DNA of 58,892 bases, the filler included. It is 5 parts of 5 records of this genome, joined end to end, with 100 filler letters (N's around TTAATTAATTAA, not from the genome) between each part and the next. Parts side by side here need not be neighbours in the genome. Positions count along the whole stretch, not along the records: positions 1 to 26,382 come from SRR31156797_1686; positions 26,483 to 34,551 come from SRR31156797_1687; 3 more parts are not named here. One strand, written 5' to 3'. Under the pieces are notes generated by a model. The model searched no databases. It had not been told where the DNA came from and was given only the letters and a program-made list of their open reading frames with translations. The position numbers were made by a program, and so were the translations under genes. Shown piece by piece: positions 20,217 through 28,365 of this stretch. The first letter of the stretch is position 1, and each line of letters begins with the position of its first letter.

Positions 20217-20250
20217 AAAAAAACCGGAGGAATAGAAATCCGCTCCGGTT
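20217..20250 (-). terminator. Minus-strand intrinsic terminator
   Basis: AACCGGAG/CTCCGGTT stem with the U tract only on the minus strand, about 350 nt past the nearest minus-strand stop. Confidence 0.7.
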
Positions 20251-20600
20251 ATCACAACTAAATATTAAAACATAATCAAAAAGATGGTCTAAACAATACT
20301 ATCAAAAAACTCACTAAAAGTTTATTGATATTTATATAACAAGAAGAATCTAAGCGATCTGGTAAATTTTGGAATGTTTCTTAAAAAGTATAATCACACC
20401 TAACTTACTTTTAAACTACTAATTCTAACGGATTGGAATGTTTGAAAACAAACAAGCCAAAAAAATCATAATTTTCCTCACCTACCGTCACTACTTAGCT
20501 TCTTCATGTTGGTTAATAGTCAGATCTTTAAAAACACAAGGGGGATAGTGCTTCTAATTCACTGTCTGTTGCAATTGAGTTAACAATCACAAATGGTTTT

Positions 20601-20957
20601 TCAAAGTACATTGTCGCCAGAAACTTCTTCGAAACTATTTTTCAAAGTGTCGATTCGTTTTCGGCTAATTGGAATATTTGATGTATTAGAATCGTTAAGT
20701 TTTAAGGCAATTTCTTCCTTAAAATTTTCTAATTCTTCAACACTAATCAATTCTTTAATTGATTTTGCTACACTCTCCAAATCCAATAAATTGGCATATT
20801 TACGAACAAGAGCTTTTTCAACTTCTCTTGCCTTACCAGGACTTAAATTGTGTATATTTTCATCCACTCCAATACATTCAAGAGCTTGATTTAATCCAAT
20901 AAGTGTTTCAAGTTTATTGGAATTTGTTAATTTTGATAACAGATTTGTTGTAATCAT
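20601..20957 (-). CDS. Hypothetical helical protein (~118 aa)
   Basis: Open frame from ATG 20957 (or TTG 20969); TACTTTTG element at 21008-21015 (minus); no recognisable family. Confidence 0.55.
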   Translation of the reverse strand: MITTNLLSKLTNSNKLETLIGLNQALECIGVDENIHNLSPGKAREVEKALVRKYANLLDLESVAKSIKELISVEELENFKEEIALKLNDSNTSNIPISRKRIDTLKNSFEEVSGDNVL

Positions 20958-21129
20958 ATTCCGTTTCAAGATTGTTTTAAGAGTATCATTCTCTTGATTT
21001 GATATTTCAAAAGTAAACGATAATGCAAGTTTGTGAAAATCGTTTTTTGATAGAATATACGAAGTTCAAGCAAAATGAGAATTGACAACCAAACTGTTTA
21101 CCAAACAGTTATCTTACACATTTATTACA

Positions 21130-22677
21130 ATGCCTAAACAACAAATAGATCCTCTGTTCCAATTAATTAAATCGATTTCGAAATCCGAAAAAAGGAATTT
21201 TAAATTGTATGCCAATAGAATTAGTAGCGATAAGGAAACAAAATTTCTACAGCTTTTTGATGTTTTGGATAAAATGGATGACTATAATGAGCAGACCATT
21301 TTAAAAAAAGCCAAACACATTAAACAGTCGCAGCTTCCAAACCTTAAAGCTCATTTATACAAACAACTATTAACAAGTCTTAGACTAACACAAGTCAATC
21401 ACGATATAAGTATCAGTATTCGTGAGCAGATTGATCATGCAAAAGTTTTATACAATAAAGGTTTATATCAGCAAAGTTTACGAATTTTAGATAAAACCAA
21501 AGCGCTTGCTCGCAAGAATAAAAAGAACATTCTGATCTTTGAAATTATTCAATTCGAGAAATTGATCGAATCTCAATACATCACCAAGAGTATTGAAAAT
21601 AGAGCAGAAGAAATTACAAGAGAAGCTACCGAAATTAGCAAAACCATGGATGGTGTGGTATTTTTCTCAAACATGTCTATTCGTTTATATGGTTTGTATT
21701 TAAAAGTAGGATACGTTCGCAACGAAAAGGATTTGTTGATGGTTAAAGAATTCTTTAACACAAATCCAATTCCGTATGATATCGAATCTTTAAGTTTTTT
21801 CGAAAAATTGTATTTATATCAATCCTATGTATGGTATTACTTAATTGTTCAGGATTTTTTAATGTGCTACAAATACGCACAAAAATGGGTCGATTTGTTT
21901 TTAACAAATCCCGAAATGATCGAGATTCATACAGATTTGTATTTAAAAGGATTGAACAATGTTTTGGTAGCTCTTTTTTACACTAATCACGTAAGTACTT
22001 TTAAAAAGAATCTTCGTTTGCTTCGCAAGTTGGAAAAAGCCGATCAGTTCAAACACAATTCCAATTTAAATATTCTACTTCATTTGTTCTTGTACATGCA
22101 TAGAATCAACAGACATTTTATGGAGGGTACTTTTGATAAGGGAATTCATTTGGTATCAAAAATTGAGAATTTTCTGGAAGAAAACAGAGTTGGTATGGAC
22201 AACCATCGTGCTTTGGTGTTCTATTATAAAATAGCTTGTTTGTATTTTGGGAATGGACAATACAAGGAAGCTATAAAATATCTCAATCGCATTTCAGATG
22301 TGAGAGACACCTCACTTCGTGGCGATATTCATTGCTTTGGGCGCATACTAAATTTAATTAGTCATTATGAATTGGAGAATACTGAATTGCTGGAGTATCA
22401 AATAAGATCTACCTATAGATTCTTAGCAAAAATGGATGACTTGCAAGAAGTTCAAAAATATATACTTCGATTTTTAAGAAAATTAAGTTCTATTAGCCCT
22501 GATCAATTAAAAGATGAACTAAAAAAATCAAGAAAAGATTTGCAAAAATTGGCTAACGATCCTTTTGAAAAAAGAGCCTTCCTATATCTCGATTTAATAT
22601 CATGGTTGGATTCCAAAATTGAAAACAGACCGGTACAGGAAGTTATTATGGAGAAAATTGAAAAAAGAAAAAGATAG
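21130..22677 (+). CDS. Bacteroidota helical/TPR-like protein of unknown function
   Basis: N-terminal LFQLIKSISKSEKRNFKLY motif recalled from a widespread Bacteroidota family; TPR-like YYKIACLYFGNGQYKEAIKYL. Confidence 0.8.
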   Translation: MPKQQIDPLFQLIKSISKSEKRNFKLYANRISSDKETKFLQLFDVLDKMDDYNEQTILKKAKHIKQSQLPNLKAHLYKQLLTSLRLTQVNHDISISIREQIDHAKVLYNKGLYQQSLRILDKTKALARKNKKNILIFEIIQFEKLIESQYITKSIENRAEEITREATEISKTMDGVVFFSNMSIRLYGLYLKVGYVRNEKDLLMVKEFFNTNPIPYDIESLSFFEKLYLYQSYVWYYLIVQDFLMCYKYAQKWVDLFLTNPEMIEIHTDLYLKGLNNVLVALFYTNHVSTFKKNLRLLRKLEKADQFKHNSNLNILLHLFLYMHRINRHFMEGTFDKGIHLVSKIENFLEENRVGMDNHRALVFYYKIACLYFGNGQYKEAIKYLNRISDVRDTSLRGDIHCFGRILNLISHYELENTELLEYQIRSTYRFLAKMDDLQEVQKYILRFLRKLSSISPDQLKDELKKSRKDLQKLANDPFEKRAFLYLDLISWLDSKIENRPVQEVIMEKIEKRKR

Positions 22678-22682
22678 AAATT

Positions 22683-22706
22683 AAGGGGATAGTAATTATC
22701 CCCTTT
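22683..22706. terminator. Bidirectional terminator
   Basis: AAGGGGATA-GTAAT-TATCCCCTT between convergent genes. Confidence 0.7.
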
Positions 22707-22711
22707 TATCT

Positions 22712-24064
22712 TTATTTCTTCTTATAGATATCGGTATTAAAATAGTCAGCTGGATTTACATTCTCGCCATCCTTTTTAATTTCAAAATGAAGATGTGGAC
22801 CAGTAGATCGACCTGAAGAACCAATTTTTCCAATTACATCTCCAGCCTTCACTTTTTGACCTTCTTTCACATTATAAGAATCCATTTGTGAATACAATCC
22901 AGATGTTCCATTATCAAAATCAACAATCACAAAACGACCATATCCTTCTCCTTGTTTAAAGGTATTATTCACTTTTCGTACTCTACCATCAGCAATAGAG
23001 TATATTTCTGTTCCCAATGGTGCAGCAATATCTATTCCCCGATGAAACTTTTTCTTTTTGGTAATAGGATGAATTCTTTCTCCATAACCTGATGAAATGT
23101 AAACCTTAGGTCCTATAGCAACAGGATTGTAAGATTTTACAGCTGGATAATATCCATCTAAATTTCCTTCTAAAATATGCGTTTTGGAACCAATAAAACC
23201 AAAGGAAACAAAAGCGAATATCAATACAGGAATAACTAAAAGTATTTTTAAATGGGCATACCCTGAAGTATTTATTTTTTTTATCATTTTAATTCTTTTT
23301 AATGTTAATGATGAATTAAATGCACTTGTAAATGCAAGCATCATACGACTCTCAACATTTTTTACAAGCGTATTTTGATAATCTATTTTATCCGTTCCTG
23401 AGTTGATACACTCCCTATCGGCTAAATATTCATGCATCTCGATAAGAGACTTTTGAATTAAATATATGAAAGGATTGAACCACATGATCACTTTTAGCAA
23501 TTCTGTAAGTATTAAATCCACAGAATGGTACTGTTTGGCGTGAATGGATTCGTGCAGAAGAATATGCTTCTGTTCCGAATAGGAAGTGTTCTCAAGGTTC
23601 AGAAAAACGTATCGAAAGAAAGAAAAAGGCGAAGAATTTTCCCGAACAGATATGATTTTTAAATTATCAGTTTCTATTATTTCATTGGCAGAAATTTGTT
23701 TTATTAAACGAATTGCATGTTTGAAAACCCGAATACCTGAAAGGATAACTCCTAAAAGATAAATTATTCCAATAATGGAAATGGGAAATGGATAATTTGC
23801 TAATTCAATCGTATTCATATCATCCTGAACAACACCTTCAAAATCGTTAAGTGCATCCCATTTAAATTGATTTACTGTTGGCATGACTGTATCAGATACA
23901 GATAAAGACAAACAGGGTACAATTAATGAGAATAGGATTGAAAAGAGCAGAAAAAATCTGTTTCGCGCAACAAATGTATCTCTGTTCAAAAATATCTTGA
24001 ACAAGAGATAAAACGCTGACAAACAAATTCCACTTTTAATCAAGTAGATTCCAAAATCACTCAT
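22712..24064 (-). CDS. BlaR1/M56 peptidase fused to a C-terminal M23 peptidase
   Basis: TM N-terminus; HESIH zinc motif and WFNPF; M23 motifs HRGIDI and TGPHLHFE. The ATG at 24064 overlaps the end of blaI. Confidence 0.9.
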   Translation of the reverse strand: MSDFGIYLIKSGICLSAFYLLFKIFLNRDTFVARNRFFLLFSILFSLIVPCLSLSVSDTVMPTVNQFKWDALNDFEGVVQDDMNTIELANYPFPISIIGIIYLLGVILSGIRVFKHAIRLIKQISANEIIETDNLKIISVRENSSPFSFFRYVFLNLENTSYSEQKHILLHESIHAKQYHSVDLILTELLKVIMWFNPFIYLIQKSLIEMHEYLADRECINSGTDKIDYQNTLVKNVESRMMLAFTSAFNSSLTLKRIKMIKKINTSGYAHLKILLVIPVLIFAFVSFGFIGSKTHILEGNLDGYYPAVKSYNPVAIGPKVYISSGYGERIHPITKKKKFHRGIDIAAPLGTEIYSIADGRVRKVNNTFKQGEGYGRFVIVDFDNGTSGLYSQMDSYNVKEGQKVKAGDVIGKIGSSGRSTGPHLHFEIKKDGENVNPADYFNTDIYKKK

Positions 24065-24437
24065 TTTCCTTCTTAGTTTTAATTTGATCTTCAATTAAAG
24101 ATTTCATTTCTTCCAATTCGGAAAGTGACAAATCTTGTTCCTTTGCAAAAAAAGATGTAAAACCACCAACCGAATCGTTAAAAAAACTCTTTAAAACTCC
24201 TTTCATAAAATCTCGAGTGTAAACATTTTTACTAACCAAAGGATAATACTGATTTACTTTCCCATAAGTTTTAAAACCGATAAAACCTTTTTTAACCAAT
24301 ACTCTCACAACCGTTGAAATAGTTGTATATGCAGGTCTTGGATCTGGAAATTCTTCAATAATATCCTTTAAAAAAGCTTTTTCAAGCTTCCATAAGTATT
24401 GCATAATCTGTTCTTCTGCCTTTGTTAATTCTTTCAT
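24057..24437 (-). CDS. BlaI/MecI/CopY family repressor
   Basis: LTKAEEQIMQYLW and AYTTISTVVRVLVKKG motifs. Confidence 0.93.
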   Translation of the reverse strand: MKELTKAEEQIMQYLWKLEKAFLKDIIEEFPDPRPAYTTISTVVRVLVKKGFIGFKTYGKVNQYYPLVSKNVYTRDFMKGVLKSFFNDSVGGFTSFFAKEQDLSLSELEEMKSLIEDQIKTKKENE

Positions 24438-24450
24438 GGCACTAATGTAT

Positions 24451-24486
24451 GACTATTTTTATAGTCGTGCAACTATTTCAATAGTC
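24451..24486. promoter_or_regulatory. Two tandem ACTAT-N4-ATAGT operators upstream of blaI
   Basis: GACTATTTTTATAGTC (24451-24466) and AACTATTTCAATAGTC (24471-24486). Confidence 0.7.
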
Positions 24487-24579
24487 ATGTTTGAAAAATT
24501 TATATCATGTAAGTGTTTATATTGAGTTAATTGTCATAAATACAAACAGTGCCAATTCTCATGATAAACGCCTTAAAAA

Positions 24580-25212
24580 ATGAAAAACTTACTAATTATA
24601 TGCATTACAATACTTTTTAGTAGTTGTGCTAGCTCCTATGTTTCTTACCAGAATATTGAAAATCCCGACACAGCTTATCGCAAAATTTTTGTTGTAAGTG
24701 TTTTTAATGATATCAATCTAAAAGAATTTGATAAGGAAACCTACAACAATTACTTTCATGATAATATTAATGATTTGGAAACAATGGATAGCAGAAGAAT
24801 AATGGAAAACTCTATTAAAAAACAGATAGAAAATCCGAGAACTTTGGTAAGTACCTCTCATAAAAATTTTAAAGTAAATATTGATATCAATTACGAACAG
24901 TTTATGCAATCAGTACAAGAATTTGGTTCTGATGCTATACTTGTGATTAACGAAACTGCCTATTATTATGAGATAAGTGAAAGAATAAGAAGTAATGGAG
25001 AAATTAGAAAATCTGAAAGCCCAAATGCTGTTTTTCATGCCTATTTAATTGATGTAAAAACTCTTCAGCCGGTTTGGGTAGGAAAAATATACTCATCCGG
25101 TACTTCCTGGGATGATTCCAGTTCGATGTACAACAGCATGAGCCGTAATTTGAATAAAAAATTAATAAAAGAACAATTTTTAGTTACTCCTTTACATGTT
25201 CGCAAATTCTAA
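24580..25212 (+). CDS. Hypothetical lipoprotein
   Basis: Lipobox FSSC; 210-aa ORF. Confidence 0.7.
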   Translation: MKNLLIICITILFSSCASSYVSYQNIENPDTAYRKIFVVSVFNDINLKEFDKETYNNYFHDNINDLETMDSRRIMENSIKKQIENPRTLVSTSHKNFKVNIDINYEQFMQSVQEFGSDAILVINETAYYYEISERIRSNGEIRKSESPNAVFHAYLIDVKTLQPVWVGKIYSSGTSWDDSSSMYNSMSRNLNKKLIKEQFLVTPLHVRKF

Positions 25213-25217
25213 ATAAA

Positions 25218-25240
25218 AAAGGCGACCAATGGTCGCCTTT
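25218..25240. terminator. Bidirectional terminator (groEL and lipoprotein)
   Basis: AAAGGCGACC-AAT-GGTCGCCTTT. Confidence 0.8.
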
Positions 25241-25264
25241 CTAATTATATCTATATGAAGTTTC

Positions 25265-26382
25265 TTACATCATACCTGGCATTCCACCACCCATTGCTGG
25301 AGGAGCCATTGGAGGAGTTTCCTCAGGTTCGTCAATTAAAACACATTCTGTAGTTAAGAACATACCAGCAATAGATGCAGCATTTTCAAGAGCTACACGA
25401 GAAACTTTTGCAGGATCGATTACACCAGCTTCGAATAGATTTTGATACTCATCCAAACGAGCATTGTATCCAAAATCTTTAGCACCAGCTTTCACCTTAT
25501 CAACAACAACAGCACCTTCGCCACCAGCATTAGCTACAATCTGACGTAATGGTTCTTCAATTGCACGCTTTACAATCTCAACACCTGTAGTCTCGTCCTC
25601 GTTATCACCTTTTAGACCTTCTAAAGCTTCAATAGAACGAATATAAGCAACACCACCACCAGGAACAATTCCTTCTTCAACAGCCGCGCGAGTTGCACTT
25701 AATGCATCGTCAACACGATCTTTCTTTTCCTTCATTTCAACTTCAGACGCAGCTCCTACATAAAGTACAGCAACACCACCAGCCAATTTAGCTAGTCTTT
25801 CCTGAAGTTTTTCCTTATCGTAATCAGAAGTCGAATTCTCAATCATTGTTTTAATTTGAGCAACACGAGCATCGATACCAGCTTTTTCACCAGCACCATT
25901 TACAATAGTTGTATTTTCCTTATCGATAGTAATTTTCTCAGACTGACCAAGCATCTCTAAAGTAGCTTGCTCTAATTTCATTCCTTTTTCTTCTGAAATC
26001 ACAACACCACCAGTTAGAATAGCGATATCTTCCAACATCTCTTTTCTTCTGTCACCGAAACCTGGAGCTTTTACAGCAGCAACCTTAAGTGAACCTCTTA
26101 AACGGTTTACAACCAAAGTAGCCAAAGCTTCACCTTCTACATCTTCAGCAATAATCATCAACGGACGACCTGCCTGAGCAGCTGGCTCCAATACTGGCAT
26201 CAATTCTTTCATTGTAGATACCTTTTTATCGTACAATAAAATGAATGGATTTTCAAGATCAGCTTCCATTTTATCACCATCGGTAATAAAATATGGAGAA
26301 ATATAACCTCTGTCGAACTGCATACCTTCTACCACTTTAACGTGGGTTTCGGTACCTTTTGCTTCTTCAACAGTAATAACAC
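25265..26382 (-). CDS. groL: Chaperonin GroEL, 5'-truncated by the contig end
   Basis: [19 protein letters not shown] and GGGMPGMM tail; the frame is open to the contig edge. Confidence 0.97.
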
Positions 26383-26482
26383 NNNNNNNNNNNNNNNNNN
26401 NNNNNNNNNNNNNNNNNNNNNNNNNNTTAATTAATTAANNNNNNNNNNNNNNNNNNNNNNNNNNNNNNNNNNNNNNNNNNNN
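26383..26482. other. Artificial contig spacer
   Basis: N run containing the TTAATTAATTAA all-frame stop linker. Confidence 0.99.
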
Positions 26483-26591
26483 AAAGACCCCAAAACGCGA
26501 CATGAGCCAAAAGCATTTGTATTTAAGGCGGATGAGGAACAAAAATGGGATCAATTGAGCTTGACTGGATGAAGTTTTTTTCATTAGCTCA

Positions 26592-26783
26592 GACGGGCTC
26601 TATGTTGGTGATCACAACCTGGGTGTGGACCTAATTACCCATGTCACAGACAGGGTCGGCCATGATATAAGATATGCCATTAACGCTGAGAAAATTTTCG
26701 TCAAATTTGATTTCTCACCACGGGAAAGCTTTTCAACTGGTATTGAGAACACAGTTGATTGGTTCTTATCAAATAAAGAATAG
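26592..26783 (+). pseudogene. rfbB: C-terminal remnant of dTDP-glucose 4,6-dehydratase
   Basis: Translates DGLYVGDH..LITHVTDRVGHDIRYAINAEKI..TVDWFLSNKE*W, versus the RfbB pattern DWLYVEDH..DRPGHDRRYAID. Internal deletion and a TAG at a probable Trp. Confidence 0.7.
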
Positions 26784-26829
26784 TGGCGGAAGATTTTAAT
26801 TAAATCAAATGATTTGTGTTTTAAAATAT

Positions 26830-27621
26830 ATGGAAAAAAAAAATAAGATTGTTAGTCAGGTATTAAGCTTATGGATCTATAAAGATTACATATTATATAG
26901 TATAAGAGCTAAATTTTTGACCGAGACCATTAATAATCACCTGGGAATGGTGTGGTTGTTTTTTGAACCGCTTTTAAGGATGTTCATCTATTATTATGTA
27001 TTTGTATGCTTTCTTAAAACGCGAACAGAAGATTTTACAGCATTTCTGCTGATAGGTATAGTTGTCATGTCTTGGTTTACGAAATCAGTCATGCAAGGGG
27101 CAAGAAGCATAGAGACCGAGGGGCCTTTAATTAAACAATTATATTTGCCAAAAATGCTTTTCCCGACAATTAGTTTTTCCGTCAGAACCATAGAATTTTT
27201 TATTGTTTTGAGTGTTCTGATGGTCTGTTTTTATCTGGTGGGGTTTTGTAAGGAAACCTGGGTTGCAATCCCTGCCGTAGTCATTGTTCAGGCTCTTTTA
27301 ACTTATGCCGTTGTTTTAATTTTTGCTGCAATAACGCCATTTATCCCTGATTTGATGATACTTTTATCTTCAGCATTGATGGCTTTGTTTTTTATTTCAG
27401 GGGTTTTTTTTGAAGTTAGTCCTTCTGACCCATACTATTCTGTTTTTATGTTAAACCCAATGGCAAAACTGATTGAACAATACAGGTATGTAATTCTAAA
27501 AGGCATATGGCCAGACTGGAACTCGTTAACTATTATTGGCGGCCTGGGCCTGATTATTATCATGGTGACCGTGATATTTATTTCAAAAGCAGATTGTTAT
27601 TATCCGAGAATAATGAAATGA
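26830..27621 (+). CDS. wzm: Polysaccharide ABC transporter permease (Wzm-like)
   Basis: LGMVWLFFEPLL, LIKQLYLPK and LNPMA motifs; multi-TM. Confidence 0.88.
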   Translation: MEKKNKIVSQVLSLWIYKDYILYSIRAKFLTETINNHLGMVWLFFEPLLRMFIYYYVFVCFLKTRTEDFTAFLLIGIVVMSWFTKSVMQGARSIETEGPLIKQLYLPKMLFPTISFSVRTIEFFIVLSVLMVCFYLVGFCKETWVAIPAVVIVQALLTYAVVLIFAAITPFIPDLMILLSSALMALFFISGVFFEVSPSDPYYSVFMLNPMAKLIEQYRYVILKGIWPDWNSLTIIGGLGLIIIMVTVIFISKADCYYPRIMK

Positions 27622-28364
27622 AAGAGCTATCAGTGTCAATGAGCAATCAGAAAAATATTTTGCTATCTGTTGAAAATGTTTTTCTAAGTTATAAAAGACA
27701 TCATTCCATATTCAGGCGAAACGATAAATTCGACGTACTGAAAGGTATTAACTTTTGCATTTCATCTGGAGAATCTGTTGGCGTGATCGGGCGAAACGGA
27801 GCCGGCAAATCTACTTTGTTATCGTTATTGGCTGGGATAATTGCGCCTGACTCAGGCAAAGTTGTTAATTTTGGTGCAAAAATTTCATTGTTGTCGCTTG
27901 GGGCCGGTTTTTTTCGTCAACTTTCCGGCAGGGATAATATAATGTTGTCTGGATTGGCGCTCGGATTTTCCAAACAGTTGATAAACGAGAAAATGGATGA
28001 GATTATTGATTACTCAGGCGTGGAACCTCAGATTGATATGCCAGTTCGGACCTACTCTACAGGGATGATTGCAAGATTAGGGTTTTCAGTTGCTAACATG
28101 CTTAAGCCGGATATACTTCTTGTCGATGAAGTTTTAGGGGTTGGTGATAAAGAGTTCAGAGAAAAATCAACCCAGGCAATGAAAGAAAAGATTATGTCAG
28201 ATCAGGCAGTGGTGTTGGTGTCTCACAGTGTAAGTACAATAATGGAGCTTTGTTCTAGAGCAATTTGGATTGAAAACGGGCAGCTAGTCACAGACGGTCC
28301 AGTTGCAAACGTTATGGATGACTATTCCAATAGCCTATCATCAGTGAGTGAGCAAGAAAGATAA
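27618..28364 (+). CDS. wzt: Polysaccharide ABC transporter ATPase (Wzt-like, no C-terminal binding module)
   Basis: GRNGAGKST, YSTGM and LVDEVLGVGD motifs; ATGA overlap with wzm. Confidence 0.9.
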   Translation: MKELSVSMSNQKNILLSVENVFLSYKRHHSIFRRNDKFDVLKGINFCISSGESVGVIGRNGAGKSTLLSLLAGIIAPDSGKVVNFGAKISLLSLGAGFFRQLSGRDNIMLSGLALGFSKQLINEKMDEIIDYSGVEPQIDMPVRTYSTGMIARLGFSVANMLKPDILLVDEVLGVGDKEFREKSTQAMKEKIMSDQAVVLVSHSVSTIMELCSRAIWIENGQLVTDGPVANVMDDYSNSLSSVSEQER

Positions 28365-28365
28365 A

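Noticed and set aside
20593..20889. 98-aa plus-strand ORF
   Set aside because: It is antisense to the minus-strand ORF, which has the promoter and terminator support.
26427..26438. Recurrent TTAATTAATTAA motif
   Set aside because: It is an assembly linker inside N runs, not biological.
26781..26783. In-frame TAG as possible pyrrolysine or readthrough
   Set aside because: It lies in an already deleted rfbB remnant; a TGG-to-TAG nonsense change is simpler.
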